A DNA stretch of 64,000 nt from a virus: IMG/VR virus record IMGVR_UViG_3300017991_000105, positions 3,901 to 67,900 of that record; one strand, written 5' to 3'. Each line of letters opens with the position of its first letter. Position 1 is the stretch's first letter. The position numbers were made by a program, and so were the translations under genes. The notes beneath the pieces are model-generated. The model searched no databases, was not told where the DNA came from, and worked only from the letters and a program-made list of their open reading frames with translations. Shown here piece after piece: positions 1 to 8,319 of the stretch.

Positions 1-207
1 AGCCGCCGTGTCCGTGGGGTCCATCCGCCACCGGATGAAGGCCAGGAACAGAGCCCCGCCTATCAGCGTTCCCACTTCGTAGAGCCAGGACGCCGGGTGG
101 AGCGCTTCCCCTGACTTGGTCTGTTCCGCGTAGCTCTGATGACTCTGGGCCAGGGCCGCCGCGTAGCGTCCCAGGATCTTCTTCAGTTCATCCAGTTGGA
201 TCTTCAT
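1..207 (-). CDS. Hypothetical protein (runs off window edge), with hydrophobic segment
   Basis: Manual translation MKIQLDELKKILGRYAAALAQ...GTLIGGALFLAFIRW, open to position 1, GGAGG upstream. Confidence 0.65.
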   Translation of the reverse strand, partial: MKIQLDELKKILGRYAAALAQSHQSYAEQTKSGEALHPASWLYEVGTLIGGALFLAFIRWRMDPTDTAA

Positions 208-664
208 GGTCCCGTTCCTCCGCCAAACAGTTCAGACAGATCAGGTTCCCATCCACAGGAGCGTGGGGACCCCTGGGACCATTCTTGAATAGCGCGTTAT
301 ATCGAAGCGCCACCCCGTTGGGAAGCTTGACCTTCAGCGCCTTCTCTGACTTGTCATAGCCACAGACGGAACAGGACCCGCCCAACAGGTCAATCAAAGA
401 CAGCCACCTGTTCAGCTTGTCCTTCCGCTGGGCCGCCTGGTAACAGGACCTACAGACCTGATAGTGTTTCTGGCCGCGCCTGAATTCGTCCAGGTTCTTG
501 TCCTCCTGACACTCCAGACACATCCTGATCCGCTCCCCCTTCACAGGGGGCTTGACGGACTTGGTCCTGGGAGCGTAGGGCTTGCAATCGGGACACACCT
601 TCCGCGTCAAGCTGGCCAGCTTGAACTCCCGTCCACAGCGTTCACAGATAGCCATCTTGGACAT
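188..664 (-). CDS. Multi-zinc-finger protein with degenerate HNH-like C-terminal domain
   Basis: Several CxxC pairs; LGGSCSVCGY...LICLNC layout of phage HNH proteins but catalytic His residues absent. Confidence 0.6.
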   Translation of the reverse strand: MSKMAICERCGREFKLASLTRKVCPDCKPYAPRTKSVKPPVKGERIRMCLECQEDKNLDEFRRGQKHYQVCRSCYQAAQRKDKLNRWLSLIDLLGGSCSVCGYDKSEKALKVKLPNGVALRYNALFKNGPRGPHAPVDGNLICLNCLAEERDHEDPTG

Positions 665-1027
665 CTATTCCTCCGTTTCTTCGTCCTCCTGGTCCTCCAG
701 GACTGGGACTTCTATCTGGTCTACCTCCACGCCCTGGGGAAGGAACCAAACACCTGGGAACCTGGGGTCTGTGTCCACCTGGTCAGGGGTACATCCGAAG
801 ACCAAGGTGACCGCCGCCGTGACGGGGACCGTTTCGGAAGTCAGCTCCGTGACCGTCCACAGGTCATCATTGGAGTCCCGCATGGTTTCCCCTATGATCG
901 TGGAGGATACATAGCGCCTGTTCACGCCACACACCCAAGCCGTCAGGATCACTGTCACGATCCCCAGCGCCACGATGGCGAACAGAACCGGGACCAGTAA
1001 CGGGTTCAAGACTTCATACAGTTCCAC
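665..1027 (-). CDS. Membrane protein (start revised to GTG 1027, downstream of the tRNA)
   Basis: N-terminal TM segment LLVPVLFAIVALGIVTVILTAWV; purine-rich RBS before GTG; the longer track ORF overlaps the tRNA. Confidence 0.6.
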   Translation of the reverse strand: MELYEVLNPLLVPVLFAIVALGIVTVILTAWVCGVNRRYVSSTIIGETMRDSNDDLWTVTELTSETVPVTAAVTLVFGCTPDQVDTDPRFPGVWFLPQGVEVDQIEVPVLEDQEDEETEE

Positions 1028-1074
1028 CTTCTTCTCCCTTCGTGTTGGGCCTCTGGCCCGTTTCGTGTTCAGGA

Positions 1075-1147
1075 TAGCCCCAGGGGGAATTGAACCCGCC
1101 GCTACATGGGTGAAAACCATGTGTCCTATCCACTGGACTATGGGGCC
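1075..1147 (-). tRNA. trnE: tRNA-Glu (anticodon UUC)
   Basis: Reverse complement folds as a cloverleaf: GGCCCCA/TGGGGCT acceptor, GTCC-AGTGGATA-GGAC D arm, CATGG-TTTTCAC-CCATG anticodon arm, GCGGG-TTCAATT-CCCCC T arm (one C.C mismatch); no encoded CCA. Confidence 0.92.
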
Positions 1148-1153
1148 TTGTGT

Positions 1154-1390
1154 TCACCTGTTCCATGGTTTACAGAACGATCCTGGCCAACTGGCCCAGA
1201 CAGAGTCCCCTTCTTCAAAACAGGGGTCATACACCGCCCAGCCCGTGGCGTCATCGTGGTAGAACAGTTCAGCTTCTCCGCTGATGATCTTGTCCTTCAG
1301 GTCCGGGTCCTTGTGGCTTGTGATCTGACTTTCAACGTAGACAGCCTTCCGTCCGTCCGCGAAGACCACCAGATAGGTCTTTTCAGGCAT
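1154..1390 (-). CDS. Hypothetical protein
   Basis: 78-aa ORF with strong AAAGGAGG RBS. Confidence 0.65.
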   Translation of the reverse strand: MPEKTYLVVFADGRKAVYVESQITSHKDPDLKDKIISGEAELFYHDDATGWAVYDPCFEEGDSVWASWPGSFCKPWNR

Positions 1391-1433
1391 CCTTCCGCCT
1401 CCTTTCCTCCGCCCCCACGCCGTTGGCGTGGAG

Positions 1434-1469
1434 GAATAGAAGGAGTAGGAGCCCGAAGGCCCCTACTCC
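1434..1469 (-). terminator. Probable intrinsic terminator / stable hairpin with cUUCGg tetraloop
   Basis: Minus strand GGAGTAGGGGCC-TTCG-GGCTCCTACTCC followed by TTCTATT. Confidence 0.6.
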
Positions 1470-1506
1470 AAGTCCTAGCTTGACCAAGATGATCCAAAAG
1501 TCCACT

Positions 1507-1794
1507 TCAGTCCGCCTTGATCTGGGTTTCTTTCAGGTTGGGGAGCCTGTGGAAAGGCTTTTCCCCGCCCGCCAACATCCTGGACAGCCACCGGTATTCT
1601 TCAATGGTCCGTTCAGCCGCTACCAGCTTGGCCTTGGTGTCCCTGGCCGCCTGGTTCTCCGTCTGAAGATGGACCATCACCTGTTGGTTGGCCTCCAGGG
1701 CCTTGGCGTTGGTGTCTTCCAGCTCCTGAACCTTGGCTTCAAGCTCCTGGATCGTCTCCAATAGCTGGGCCTTGGTTTGTGTAGTGTCTGACAA
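1507..1794 (-). CDS. Coiled-coil hypothetical protein
   Basis: Heptad-rich 95-aa ORF, TTG start with AAAGGA RBS. Confidence 0.65.
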   Translation of the reverse strand: MSDTTQTKAQLLETIQELEAKVQELEDTNAKALEANQQVMVHLQTENQAARDTKAKLVAAERTIEEYRWLSRMLAGGEKPFHRLPNLKETQIKAD

Positions 1795-1834
1795 AGTCAG
1801 TCCTTTCTCCGCGTGGGGGTTCTTGGGTTTGGGT

Positions 1835-2305
1835 TTAGCTGTCCAGGCCCTGGTTCCCTACGGAAGCCTGGAACTGATCCTGAAGGGGACCGTCCACCTT
1901 CGCCTGGTTGTCAGGGAGTCCCTGGCGCTCTTCCTCCTGGGGCTCTTCAGCCTCCTGGGGCTCTTCCGCGTCCGTGGGTTCCCCCAGCTCCGCGTCTTTA
2001 TCCAGAAGGTCCTGGATGATCCCCACGATGAACTCCAGGATGTCCTTCAGGACCTCCATGTCAAAGAAGTCCTTGACATTCAAGGAGAACGCCTTGGCCT
2101 CCATGGGGGTGGCGTTGGGAAGGTCTCTGACCTCCGCCTTCAGCTCCCCCGCTCCAGCCGGAAGCGTGATCTCCAGGTCCAGATCCTTCCTGGGCCTGTC
2201 CACGTGGACCCGACATTTCACCGGGCCGCCTTGTCCGTCCGCGTGGAACGATAGTTCCACGTCTTTCCCGTCAACCGTCTTCGTGTAGCTTAACAGCTCC
2301 GCCAT
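1835..2305 (-). CDS. Hypothetical protein with acidic C-terminal tail
   Basis: 156-aa ORF, RBS AAAGGAAG, native codon usage. Confidence 0.7.
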   Translation of the reverse strand: MAELLSYTKTVDGKDVELSFHADGQGGPVKCRVHVDRPRKDLDLEITLPAGAGELKAEVRDLPNATPMEAKAFSLNVKDFFDMEVLKDILEFIVGIIQDLLDKDAELGEPTDAEEPQEAEEPQEEERQGLPDNQAKVDGPLQDQFQASVGNQGLDS

Positions 2306-2354
2306 GTGGTCTTCCTTTCCGTGTTCGTTTCAGTGTGACGTGTGACTAGGGTGT

Positions 2355-2528
2355 CTATGAAGACTGGTGTGGGTCTAGCTCTTCCAATGCCTCCATGATC
2401 TGAGGGATCAGCCGTAGGTCATAGGGGACCCCGTTTCCCTTGGTTTCGTAGTCAGGAAGGGGGTAGTCCTCCAAGAGCGTCCCGTTCTCCAGGGATGTTT
2501 TAACCTGTTCAGTTGTGGGAAGTGACAT
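2355..2528 (-). CDS. Small hypothetical protein (57 aa, not in ORF track)
   Basis: Manual translation MSLPTTEQVKTSLENGTLLEDYPLPDYETKGNGVPYDLRLIPQIMEALEELDPHQSS; AAAGGGG RBS. Confidence 0.6.
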   Translation of the reverse strand: MSLPTTEQVKTSLENGTLLEDYPLPDYETKGNGVPYDLRLIPQIMEALEELDPHQSS

Positions 2529-2724
2529 GTTGGCCCCTTTCGGTTCTCTGGTCTAGCGGAAGGTCACACCTTTCATCATACCGCTTGACCTTGACGAAGG
2601 GTAGACAGGACGGGTCCGTCCACGCCAGGACCTCCTGGAGATGTTGCTGGCGTGAAGGGATGTTCCTGTTGATCTTGGCTACACAGCGCCCGTCATCTGT
2701 TCTACATCCAATACGTTCACACAT
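2509..2724 (-). CDS. Small Cys-containing hypothetical protein
   Basis: 71-aa ORF with AAGGA RBS filling the gap between neighbours. Confidence 0.5.
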   Translation of the reverse strand: MCERIGCRTDDGRCVAKINRNIPSRQQHLQEVLAWTDPSCLPFVKVKRYDERCDLPLDQRTERGQHVTSHN

Positions 2725-3094
2725 TGTCCTTCCCCTTGGTGGGTTTCCTGATGACCCGCCGCTTGGGCCTCTTCTCTTCTGTCAGTAGCTGGGACCGTGA
2801 AATGGTCCTGGAGAACTTCTTGGGTGGTTTCACGCCTGAAGCCTGGTCTACAGGAACTCCAAACAGTTCATCCAAGGAGATCTCCAGCGCGTCCGCTATC
2901 TGGAGCGCCATGTGGATGTTCATCAGTGAACCCGTCTTCAAGCCCTTGGTGACAGAGCCATAGCTGACTCCCACGATCCGCGCCAGCTCCGCCTTGGTAC
3001 TGATCCCCACGTCCATCATGGCCTCTTCCAGCCTGTTGACGTAGCGCCTGTTCAGGTCTGACCGGATCTCCTTGAAGCTTGGGGTCTTCGCCAT
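2717..3094 (-). CDS. XRE/Cro-C1-type helix-turn-helix regulator
   Basis: STKAELARIVGVSYGSV...ALQIADALEISLDELFG HTH_3 pattern. Confidence 0.88.
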   Translation of the reverse strand: MAKTPSFKEIRSDLNRRYVNRLEEAMMDVGISTKAELARIVGVSYGSVTKGLKTGSLMNIHMALQIADALEISLDELFGVPVDQASGVKPPKKFSRTISRSQLLTEEKRPKRRVIRKPTKGKDNV

Positions 3095-3134
3095 GTAGAC
3101 GTTCCTTCAGTGTAAAATTTCGTCTTATGTCACT

Positions 3135-3163
3135 ACTATAGCCCGGGGCGGAAATCTTGTCAA
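3135..3163 (-). promoter_or_regulatory. Sigma70-type promoter overlapped by an 11-bp inverted repeat (3151-3183)
   Basis: TTGACA-N17-TATAGT; GAAATCTTGTC-N11-GACAAGATTTC. Confidence 0.85.
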
Positions 3164-3181
3164 GGAAAAAGAGACAAGATT

Positions 3182-4489
3182 TCAGGATTTTCTGGCCACC
3201 AGGACCATCTCCGTGGGGTAGGTCTGGCTGGCCCCTGGCCTGGCCTTGGAGAACCGCCCCGTCTTGGGGTTCCTGGTGGACGGGAGAAGCTTGGAAGGGA
3301 TCTCCCGCTTGAAGACCCTGACCAGCTCCATGGCCGCCAGGTCTTCTATCATCTCACAGAACACAGCCGCGTTCTGGATCTTCACTCCCTTCAGCGTGGT
3401 GTCACCTATGACTATGACCATGTGGCCGCCCCGCTTCAGGATGTGGGACATGGCCAGCCAGGTCTCCCACATGTCCAGGTAGTATTGGGACACAGCCTGG
3501 GACGTGTGAACATGTTTGTCCTTCAGCCTCCTGACTATCAGCCGCGCCAGGGAACTGTTGGGCTTCATCGTGGACGTGACGTTGGGCCGACAGTTGGACC
3601 CAATGTAGTGGGCCTTGGCCTGGGAGTCCGTCCCGCTCAGATCCAGCCAGGCTATGGATAGCTGGTGGATGGACAGATAGTCATAGGACGTACAGTAGGG
3701 AGGAGATGTCACGATGGTGTCCACCCGCCCCTGGGGCCAGCCCGTCAACCAGGGACTCTTGGGGATGGTCTGGTAGGCCCCAAGGTGACCCGCCCGGAGC
3801 CCCGAAGGGAGCGCGTCCCAGTAGGCCGCCATCCCCGCCTCCATGTAGTCCAGGTGTTTCAGGAACAGCTCTTCCGCGTTCCCTATCCGCTTCTCCTTGT
3901 CCTTCACTGGCTTGGTGGAACTGTTGGACCACCTGGACGCTGGTTTCAGGATGTGGCTGAAACAGACCTTCAAGAACATCTGGATCTCTGGGTCATCCAC
4001 AGTCATGATGTTCCCAAGAAGATGTCCCAGCCTGTAGATGTTCTCCTGGGGGAACCATCGAAGGATCAGCTCTTCATGGCGTTCTGGAATAATGGGTGAC
4101 GGGGACGGACGCCCCACCCAACCTCTGACCTTCTTCAACCGGTGGTTCAGCTTCTCTGGATCTATTGGCCGCGCCTTGACTTCAGTGATCAGCGTGGCCA
4201 AGGGGTTGATGTCCGCCCCCGCCGAAAAATAGCCCTTCAGGAGCCCACAGACCAAGGTGGTCCCGCTCCCACAGAAGGGGTCAAATATCAGAGCCGCCCT
4301 GTTCCCAGGGCCGTAGTCTTCCAGGGCTTTGTCTACCAACTGGGGGATGAACTTGGCTGGGTATCTGTGGAACCCGTGGGTGTAGGCTGACCGCTCCTTC
4401 CGCGTGGCTCCCGCGAAGGTCCAGTCAGGGTCCACCACAGCCCCGTCCACCAGGTTGGCGTAGTAGGCCGTCTTCCTGATAGCCATCAC
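3182..4489 (-). CDS. DNA amino-methyltransferase, alpha class (probably N4-methylcytosine)
   Basis: THGFHRYPAKFIPQL, motif I DPFCGSGTT preceding motif IV TSPPY. Confidence 0.88.
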   Translation of the reverse strand: MMAIRKTAYYANLVDGAVVDPDWTFAGATRKERSAYTHGFHRYPAKFIPQLVDKALEDYGPGNRAALIFDPFCGSGTTLVCGLLKGYFSAGADINPLATLITEVKARPIDPEKLNHRLKKVRGWVGRPSPSPIIPERHEELILRWFPQENIYRLGHLLGNIMTVDDPEIQMFLKVCFSHILKPASRWSNSSTKPVKDKEKRIGNAEELFLKHLDYMEAGMAAYWDALPSGLRAGHLGAYQTIPKSPWLTGWPQGRVDTIVTSPPYCTSYDYLSIHQLSIAWLDLSGTDSQAKAHYIGSNCRPNVTSTMKPNSSLARLIVRRLKDKHVHTSQAVSQYYLDMWETWLAMSHILKRGGHMVIVIGDTTLKGVKIQNAAVFCEMIEDLAAMELVRVFKREIPSKLLPSTRNPKTGRFSKARPGASQTYPTEMVLVARKS

Positions 4490-4803
4490 TGACCGCCTTC
4501 CGTGGGGGCCGGGGATGGCGTGGTGATGTCCGCCACCTGTTCATCCAGTAGCTCTTCCGCCGTGTATTGGTCTTTGATGGCAATTTCCGCCCCGCCGTCC
4601 TGGACCGCGTTGATCAGGAGCGCCGTGGATAGCTGGACCTGGTCCCAGGGCTCCAGCTCCCAGGGAAGAAGGATCTGTGTGTGAAGAGCCTTCCGCCCAG
4701 CGTATTTCATCCCGCCGTAGAACCCGGCCGCAAATACCGCCAACACCGCCAGCGTGATGGCCACGCCTAACACCGGCCCCATGGGCCGCCTGTCCTGTGT
4801 CAT
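4486..4803 (-). CDS. Single-pass membrane protein
   Basis: TM VLGVAITLAVLAVFAAGFYGG; AAGGAGG RBS before ATG 4803. Confidence 0.65.
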   Translation of the reverse strand: MTQDRRPMGPVLGVAITLAVLAVFAAGFYGGMKYAGRKALHTQILLPWELEPWDQVQLSTALLINAVQDGGAEIAIKDQYTAEELLDEQVADITTPSPAPTEGGQ

Positions 4804-4813
4804 CCTGTCCTCC

Positions 4814-5008
4814 TTACTGTCTACGTGTCTGGATGTAGTCTTCCACATCCGTCTGGGAGACCCTGATGTTCTTCTTCCCGATCCTGAAGGATGGAATGTC
4901 CCCGCGTTTGACCATCCTGTAGACGGTCATCTTATGGACGCCCATCTGGTCAGCCGCTTCCTTCAGGTTCAGAAGCTTGGGTCCGTGTTGTGTGTTCGTT
5001 TCTTCCAT
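4814..5008 (-). CDS. Excisionase-family (HTH_17) DNA-binding protein
   Basis: LLNLKEAADQMGVHKMTVYRMVKRGDIPSFRIG..IRV. Confidence 0.88.
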   Translation of the reverse strand: MEETNTQHGPKLLNLKEAADQMGVHKMTVYRMVKRGDIPSFRIGKKNIRVSQTDVEDYIQTRRQ

Positions 5009-5018
5009 GTCTGGCCTT

Positions 5019-5816
5019 CTACGCCGCCGCCTGAAGCCGCTGGGCTTCTTCAAAGGTCAGCGTTTTTCTGAACTGGTTGGTCTGGTCAATGTCCCCTAGA
5101 CCGTTGAACCTGTAGACGTGGTCCGTGTCCAGGTCCACGAAATAACAGGCTTCCCTGGTCCAGCCTCCTGGGTTCATCATCCGCTGGCCCTGGGGGAACA
5201 CGAAATCCCAGACTTCATGTGTGTGGCCACAGATGTAGCCAAAGTAGCCTTCCGTGAACTTCTCCATGGCCGTCCTGGCGTAGTGTTCCCAGGTCAGCCG
5301 CTCCCCACAGGGGAACACCTGGTCCACCATCCAGTTGGCCAACTGAACCGCCCGCTGGTCCAACATGGGGAAGAGCGTTTCCAAAGCTACCGCCGTGGAC
5401 AGGAACGCCTGGGCCGCCTTCAGGCCCTTGGAGGTGTTTACGTCAAAGACGCCGCCAGCTCCCCAGATCGGGTCCCTTTCGTGGCCGTGTTCCCTCCACC
5501 ATCTCCGCCCCTGGCTGTCAATGAACTCCCCTGGCTCCGTGATGTCCCACATGAACAGCCTGTCCAGGTGGGTGATCCCGAAGTCATGATTTCCAGGGAT
5601 GAAGTCCACCTGGGACGTGGCCAACAGGTGGAAGGTTTCTTCATATTCCTGGAGCGTCTTGACGTAGGTGTGGGGGAACAGGTCAAACACGTCCCCCAGG
5701 AGTCCCAGACGGTGGCCTTCAGCGTGGACCCACTGACAGAAGTCAAGGGCCAGGGGGTTCTGATCACTGGCCCGCTTGAACCCCTGGAAGTGTAGGTCCG
5801 CCGCCTGGACGTTCAT
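5019..5816 (-). CDS. Calcineurin-like metallophosphoesterase (LpxH-like motif set)
   Basis: ADLH, LGDVFDL, PGNHD, EHGH..DP, CGHTH, NPGGW motifs. Confidence 0.88.
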   Translation of the reverse strand: MNVQAADLHFQGFKRASDQNPLALDFCQWVHAEGHRLGLLGDVFDLFPHTYVKTLQEYEETFHLLATSQVDFIPGNHDFGITHLDRLFMWDITEPGEFIDSQGRRWWREHGHERDPIWGAGGVFDVNTSKGLKAAQAFLSTAVALETLFPMLDQRAVQLANWMVDQVFPCGERLTWEHYARTAMEKFTEGYFGYICGHTHEVWDFVFPQGQRMMNPGGWTREACYFVDLDTDHVYRFNGLGDIDQTNQFRKTLTFEEAQRLQAAA

Positions 5817-6568
5817 GACTGACTCCCGTTGAAGATGACAGGGTTGGACCCCAGTTGGATCTCCGGATAGGCTCCCGTGTCACCCCGCTGGTTCCAGCGC
5901 CACAGCTTGACGTGTAGCTGTTCTCCCGCCTTGGTGATCAGGCCCACATAGCCCGTCCCCCGGTGGTTCGTGGCCCTGTATTTCACGTAGACGTTCCAGG
6001 AGCCTGAATGGGGCATTGGGACCCAGATCAGACCGCGCATAGTCCCGTCAGTTCCCGCTTCCTTGGCCGCCACCCTGGTGATATACAGGTAGGGTTTCTT
6101 CTCCCCTGGGTGGTCCCCGTTGTCCGTCCAGTTGGTGGCCCCGTTGGGTCCAACACAGTAGGGCTGATCAGGACTCTTCTGGGTGTTCCTGGGCTCCAGG
6201 TGTTTGTAGTCCACCAGCATGACCTGACCCGTGGAAGGGTTGACAAACTTGACATGAACGAAGGACAGACCCGCGCCTTTATCCCGTCCGTTGATGTAGC
6301 CCGCCACGTAGTTCTCCGTGGCCAGGATGAAGCCTGGGTGTCCCTCCGTCAGGGCCGCGCCGTCATAGACAGGTCCTTCAGGGGGGTAGAATTCGATAGG
6401 ATCAGGGGGGTGGTCCTTGGTCCGGTGGTCCTTGGACCCACAGACTTCACAGGGTTCATATTTCTCCTGTTCCTTCTCCAGCCACTTCTTCAGCCAAGGG
6501 ATCAGGTAGTCACCCACAGCCTTCAGAAGCTTTCCCATGATGTTCCTGTTGAATAGACCCATGATCAT
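5813..6568 (-). CDS. Hypothetical protein with amphipathic N-terminus and zinc-knuckle-like motif
   Basis: CEVCGSKDHRTKDH (Cx2Cx4Hx4H); overlaps both neighbours by 4 nt. Confidence 0.7.
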   Translation of the reverse strand: MIMGLFNRNIMGKLLKAVGDYLIPWLKKWLEKEQEKYEPCEVCGSKDHRTKDHPPDPIEFYPPEGPVYDGAALTEGHPGFILATENYVAGYINGRDKGAGLSFVHVKFVNPSTGQVMLVDYKHLEPRNTQKSPDQPYCVGPNGATNWTDNGDHPGEKKPYLYITRVAAKEAGTDGTMRGLIWVPMPHSGSWNVYVKYRATNHRGTGYVGLITKAGEQLHVKLWRWNQRGDTGAYPEIQLGSNPVIFNGSQS

Positions 6569-7740
6569 CCCTCCAGTTCCTCCCAGGTGGTCATGGTGAC
6601 CTCCTGGGTCTGTGGCTTCCGCTCTTCCAGCGTAGGGACCAGAAGCCGCTTCCGTAGTTTGGGCTTTAGAGCGCCATTCATCTTCATGATCACCCGGGGG
6701 GTGATCTCTTCTATCTTCTGTTCCTGTAGTAACCAGGCTACCACAGAACAGACATCTTCATCATCCCAGTCCACGGGCTTCTGGCCGTTCTGAAGAGCCT
6801 GGATGATCTCCACGTAGGCCCGCCGCTGTTCAGGGTCCTTGACCGCGTACCAGCGGAACTTGGACGCCCATTCATAGACTTCATCATCCGTCAGGGGGCC
6901 TGTGGGAAGCCTGAACTCCCAGTAGGGTGTGGTGACCCGCTGTTCATCCAACCAGTGTTGGAGTTTTGTGTAGGCCACCAGGGCCGATCTGGACAGCGCC
7001 GCCTTCTCCCTGTTGGCTATCTTGGCCCAGTCCAGCCCTTCCTCTTCCAGCTCTTCCTTCATCAGGACCCAGTCATCTTGACGGTGTCTGGACAAGGTCT
7101 TGACCTTCTCTTCCCCATCGTGCCAGTAGTACAGACAGCCCCAGCGTTCCGTGGTCTTCCAGGTGGTGGAGTCCGTGGTGTAGTAGTAGCCCTTCTTCAG
7201 GGACCAGTCATCCGTGATCCCAAAGCCGTGGACCTTCGTCAGGAAGGCCCGCGCCACGGTCATCAGGTTCTCCACGTCCGCCCGGTCCAGGCCCTTGGTC
7301 AGCCCCACGTAGGGGAACCGCTGACACATCATTTCCCAGACCGCCATCCCCCGCTGGGGGTGGAACACAGGGATGACCGGGATCTTCAGGTGGGTGTAGG
7401 TGTCCCACCATTCCATGACCTGGTCCAGGCCCACCCATTCCTCCACGTCCAGCTCCACAGCCGTGTAGATGTAGTCCTGGTATTTCTCCAGCCAGGACAG
7501 ATATTCATCATGGTAGGCTTTGAAGTCATCCGTGTCTAACTCCCGCCCCTTCTTCTGGAACGTGTAGGCCCCGGAGTCCACCATGAAGTCCACGTCTGGG
7601 TTGGCTTCCTTACGCTGGACTATGATGTCCGGTCTTTCCCTCATCTTCCAGTAGCTGACCAGGACCGCGTCCACCCTGTACTCCGTCACCAGGTCAAAGT
7701 AGAACTTTTCATCACACCCGCCAAAGAAGATCCGCGTCAT
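6565..7740 (-). CDS. TGT/DpdA-like 7-deazaguanine DNA transglycosylase
   Basis: LVSY, FMVDSGAYT, ELDV, IPVFH, VHGFG, DSTTW motifs of phage TGT-like proteins; queC/queD in the same window. Confidence 0.75.
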   Translation of the reverse strand: MTRIFFGGCDEKFYFDLVTEYRVDAVLVSYWKMRERPDIIVQRKEANPDVDFMVDSGAYTFQKKGRELDTDDFKAYHDEYLSWLEKYQDYIYTAVELDVEEWVGLDQVMEWWDTYTHLKIPVIPVFHPQRGMAVWEMMCQRFPYVGLTKGLDRADVENLMTVARAFLTKVHGFGITDDWSLKKGYYYTTDSTTWKTTERWGCLYYWHDGEEKVKTLSRHRQDDWVLMKEELEEEGLDWAKIANREKAALSRSALVAYTKLQHWLDEQRVTTPYWEFRLPTGPLTDDEVYEWASKFRWYAVKDPEQRRAYVEIIQALQNGQKPVDWDDEDVCSVVAWLLQEQKIEEITPRVIMKMNGALKPKLRKRLLVPTLEERKPQTQEVTMTTWEELEG

Positions 7741-7749
7741 GTTCCGTCC

Positions 7750-7941
7750 TCAGTTGGCCAAGGGATGGCTGATGGTTTCAGGTTGGGTGTCTTCGTCCTC
7801 TTCTTCCTCCAGGTCCACGCCCGCCATCATGGCCAGGATCTTCAGGAGTCCCACACCAGCCGTGATACAGAACGCCATCACCAGGCCAGTGATGAAGATG
7901 GCACAAATACACAGACACAGCTCCAAGATCATTCTGTCCAT
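7750..7941 (-). CDS. Small membrane protein
   Basis: Long hydrophobic N-terminus plus acidic tail; GGAGG RBS. Confidence 0.6.
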   Translation of the reverse strand: MDRMILELCLCICAIFITGLVMAFCITAGVGLLKILAMMAGVDLEEEEDEDTQPETISHPLAN

Positions 7942-8319
7942 TCAGTCCTCCGTGTCTTCGTCAATCAGTCCGCCCATCTTCACCAGCCGCTTGGAACAGC
8001 GTTCCACACAGACCATGAAATGGGTAGGTTTCCAGTCCACGCCCGCCTTCTTCAGCTTTCCGTCAGGGATGTAGAAGGCGTTCACCCACACCCGCTCCAG
8101 GGAGTTGGTGGGGACTCCGCACATCTCACAGCATAGGATGGAACCGTCATTCTTGGAGTCCCAGCGTGTAGTAGTCTTCTGGGTCTTCTTCGCCCAGGGG
8201 AACGTCCGTCCCCGCTGGTCCCTGGCCCGCCTGACGTATTTCATCCGCCTGGGCCTGGGTTTGGGGGTCTTCGCTTTCGTCTCCGTTTTCACCTTGTCCG
8301 CCCACAACAGAGGGGTCAC
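7942..8319 (-). CDS. Basic hypothetical protein with Cys cluster
   Basis: CCEMCG...CVERC; abuts neighbours. Confidence 0.6.
   Translation of the reverse strand: MTPLLWADKVKTETKAKTPKPRPRRMKYVRRARDQRGRTFPWAKKTQKTTTRWDSKNDGSILCCEMCGVPTNSLERVWVNAFYIPDGKLKKAGVDWKPTHFMVCVERCSKRLVKMGGLIDEDTED

Noticed and set aside
1028-1120. N-terminal extension of ORF 665-1120
   Set aside because: Overlaps the tRNA; a better start with an RBS exists at 1027.
4814-5008. Excisionase-like HTH as proof of a prophage or temperate lifestyle
   Set aside because: No integrase, att site or host flank in the window; such HTH proteins are widespread regulators.
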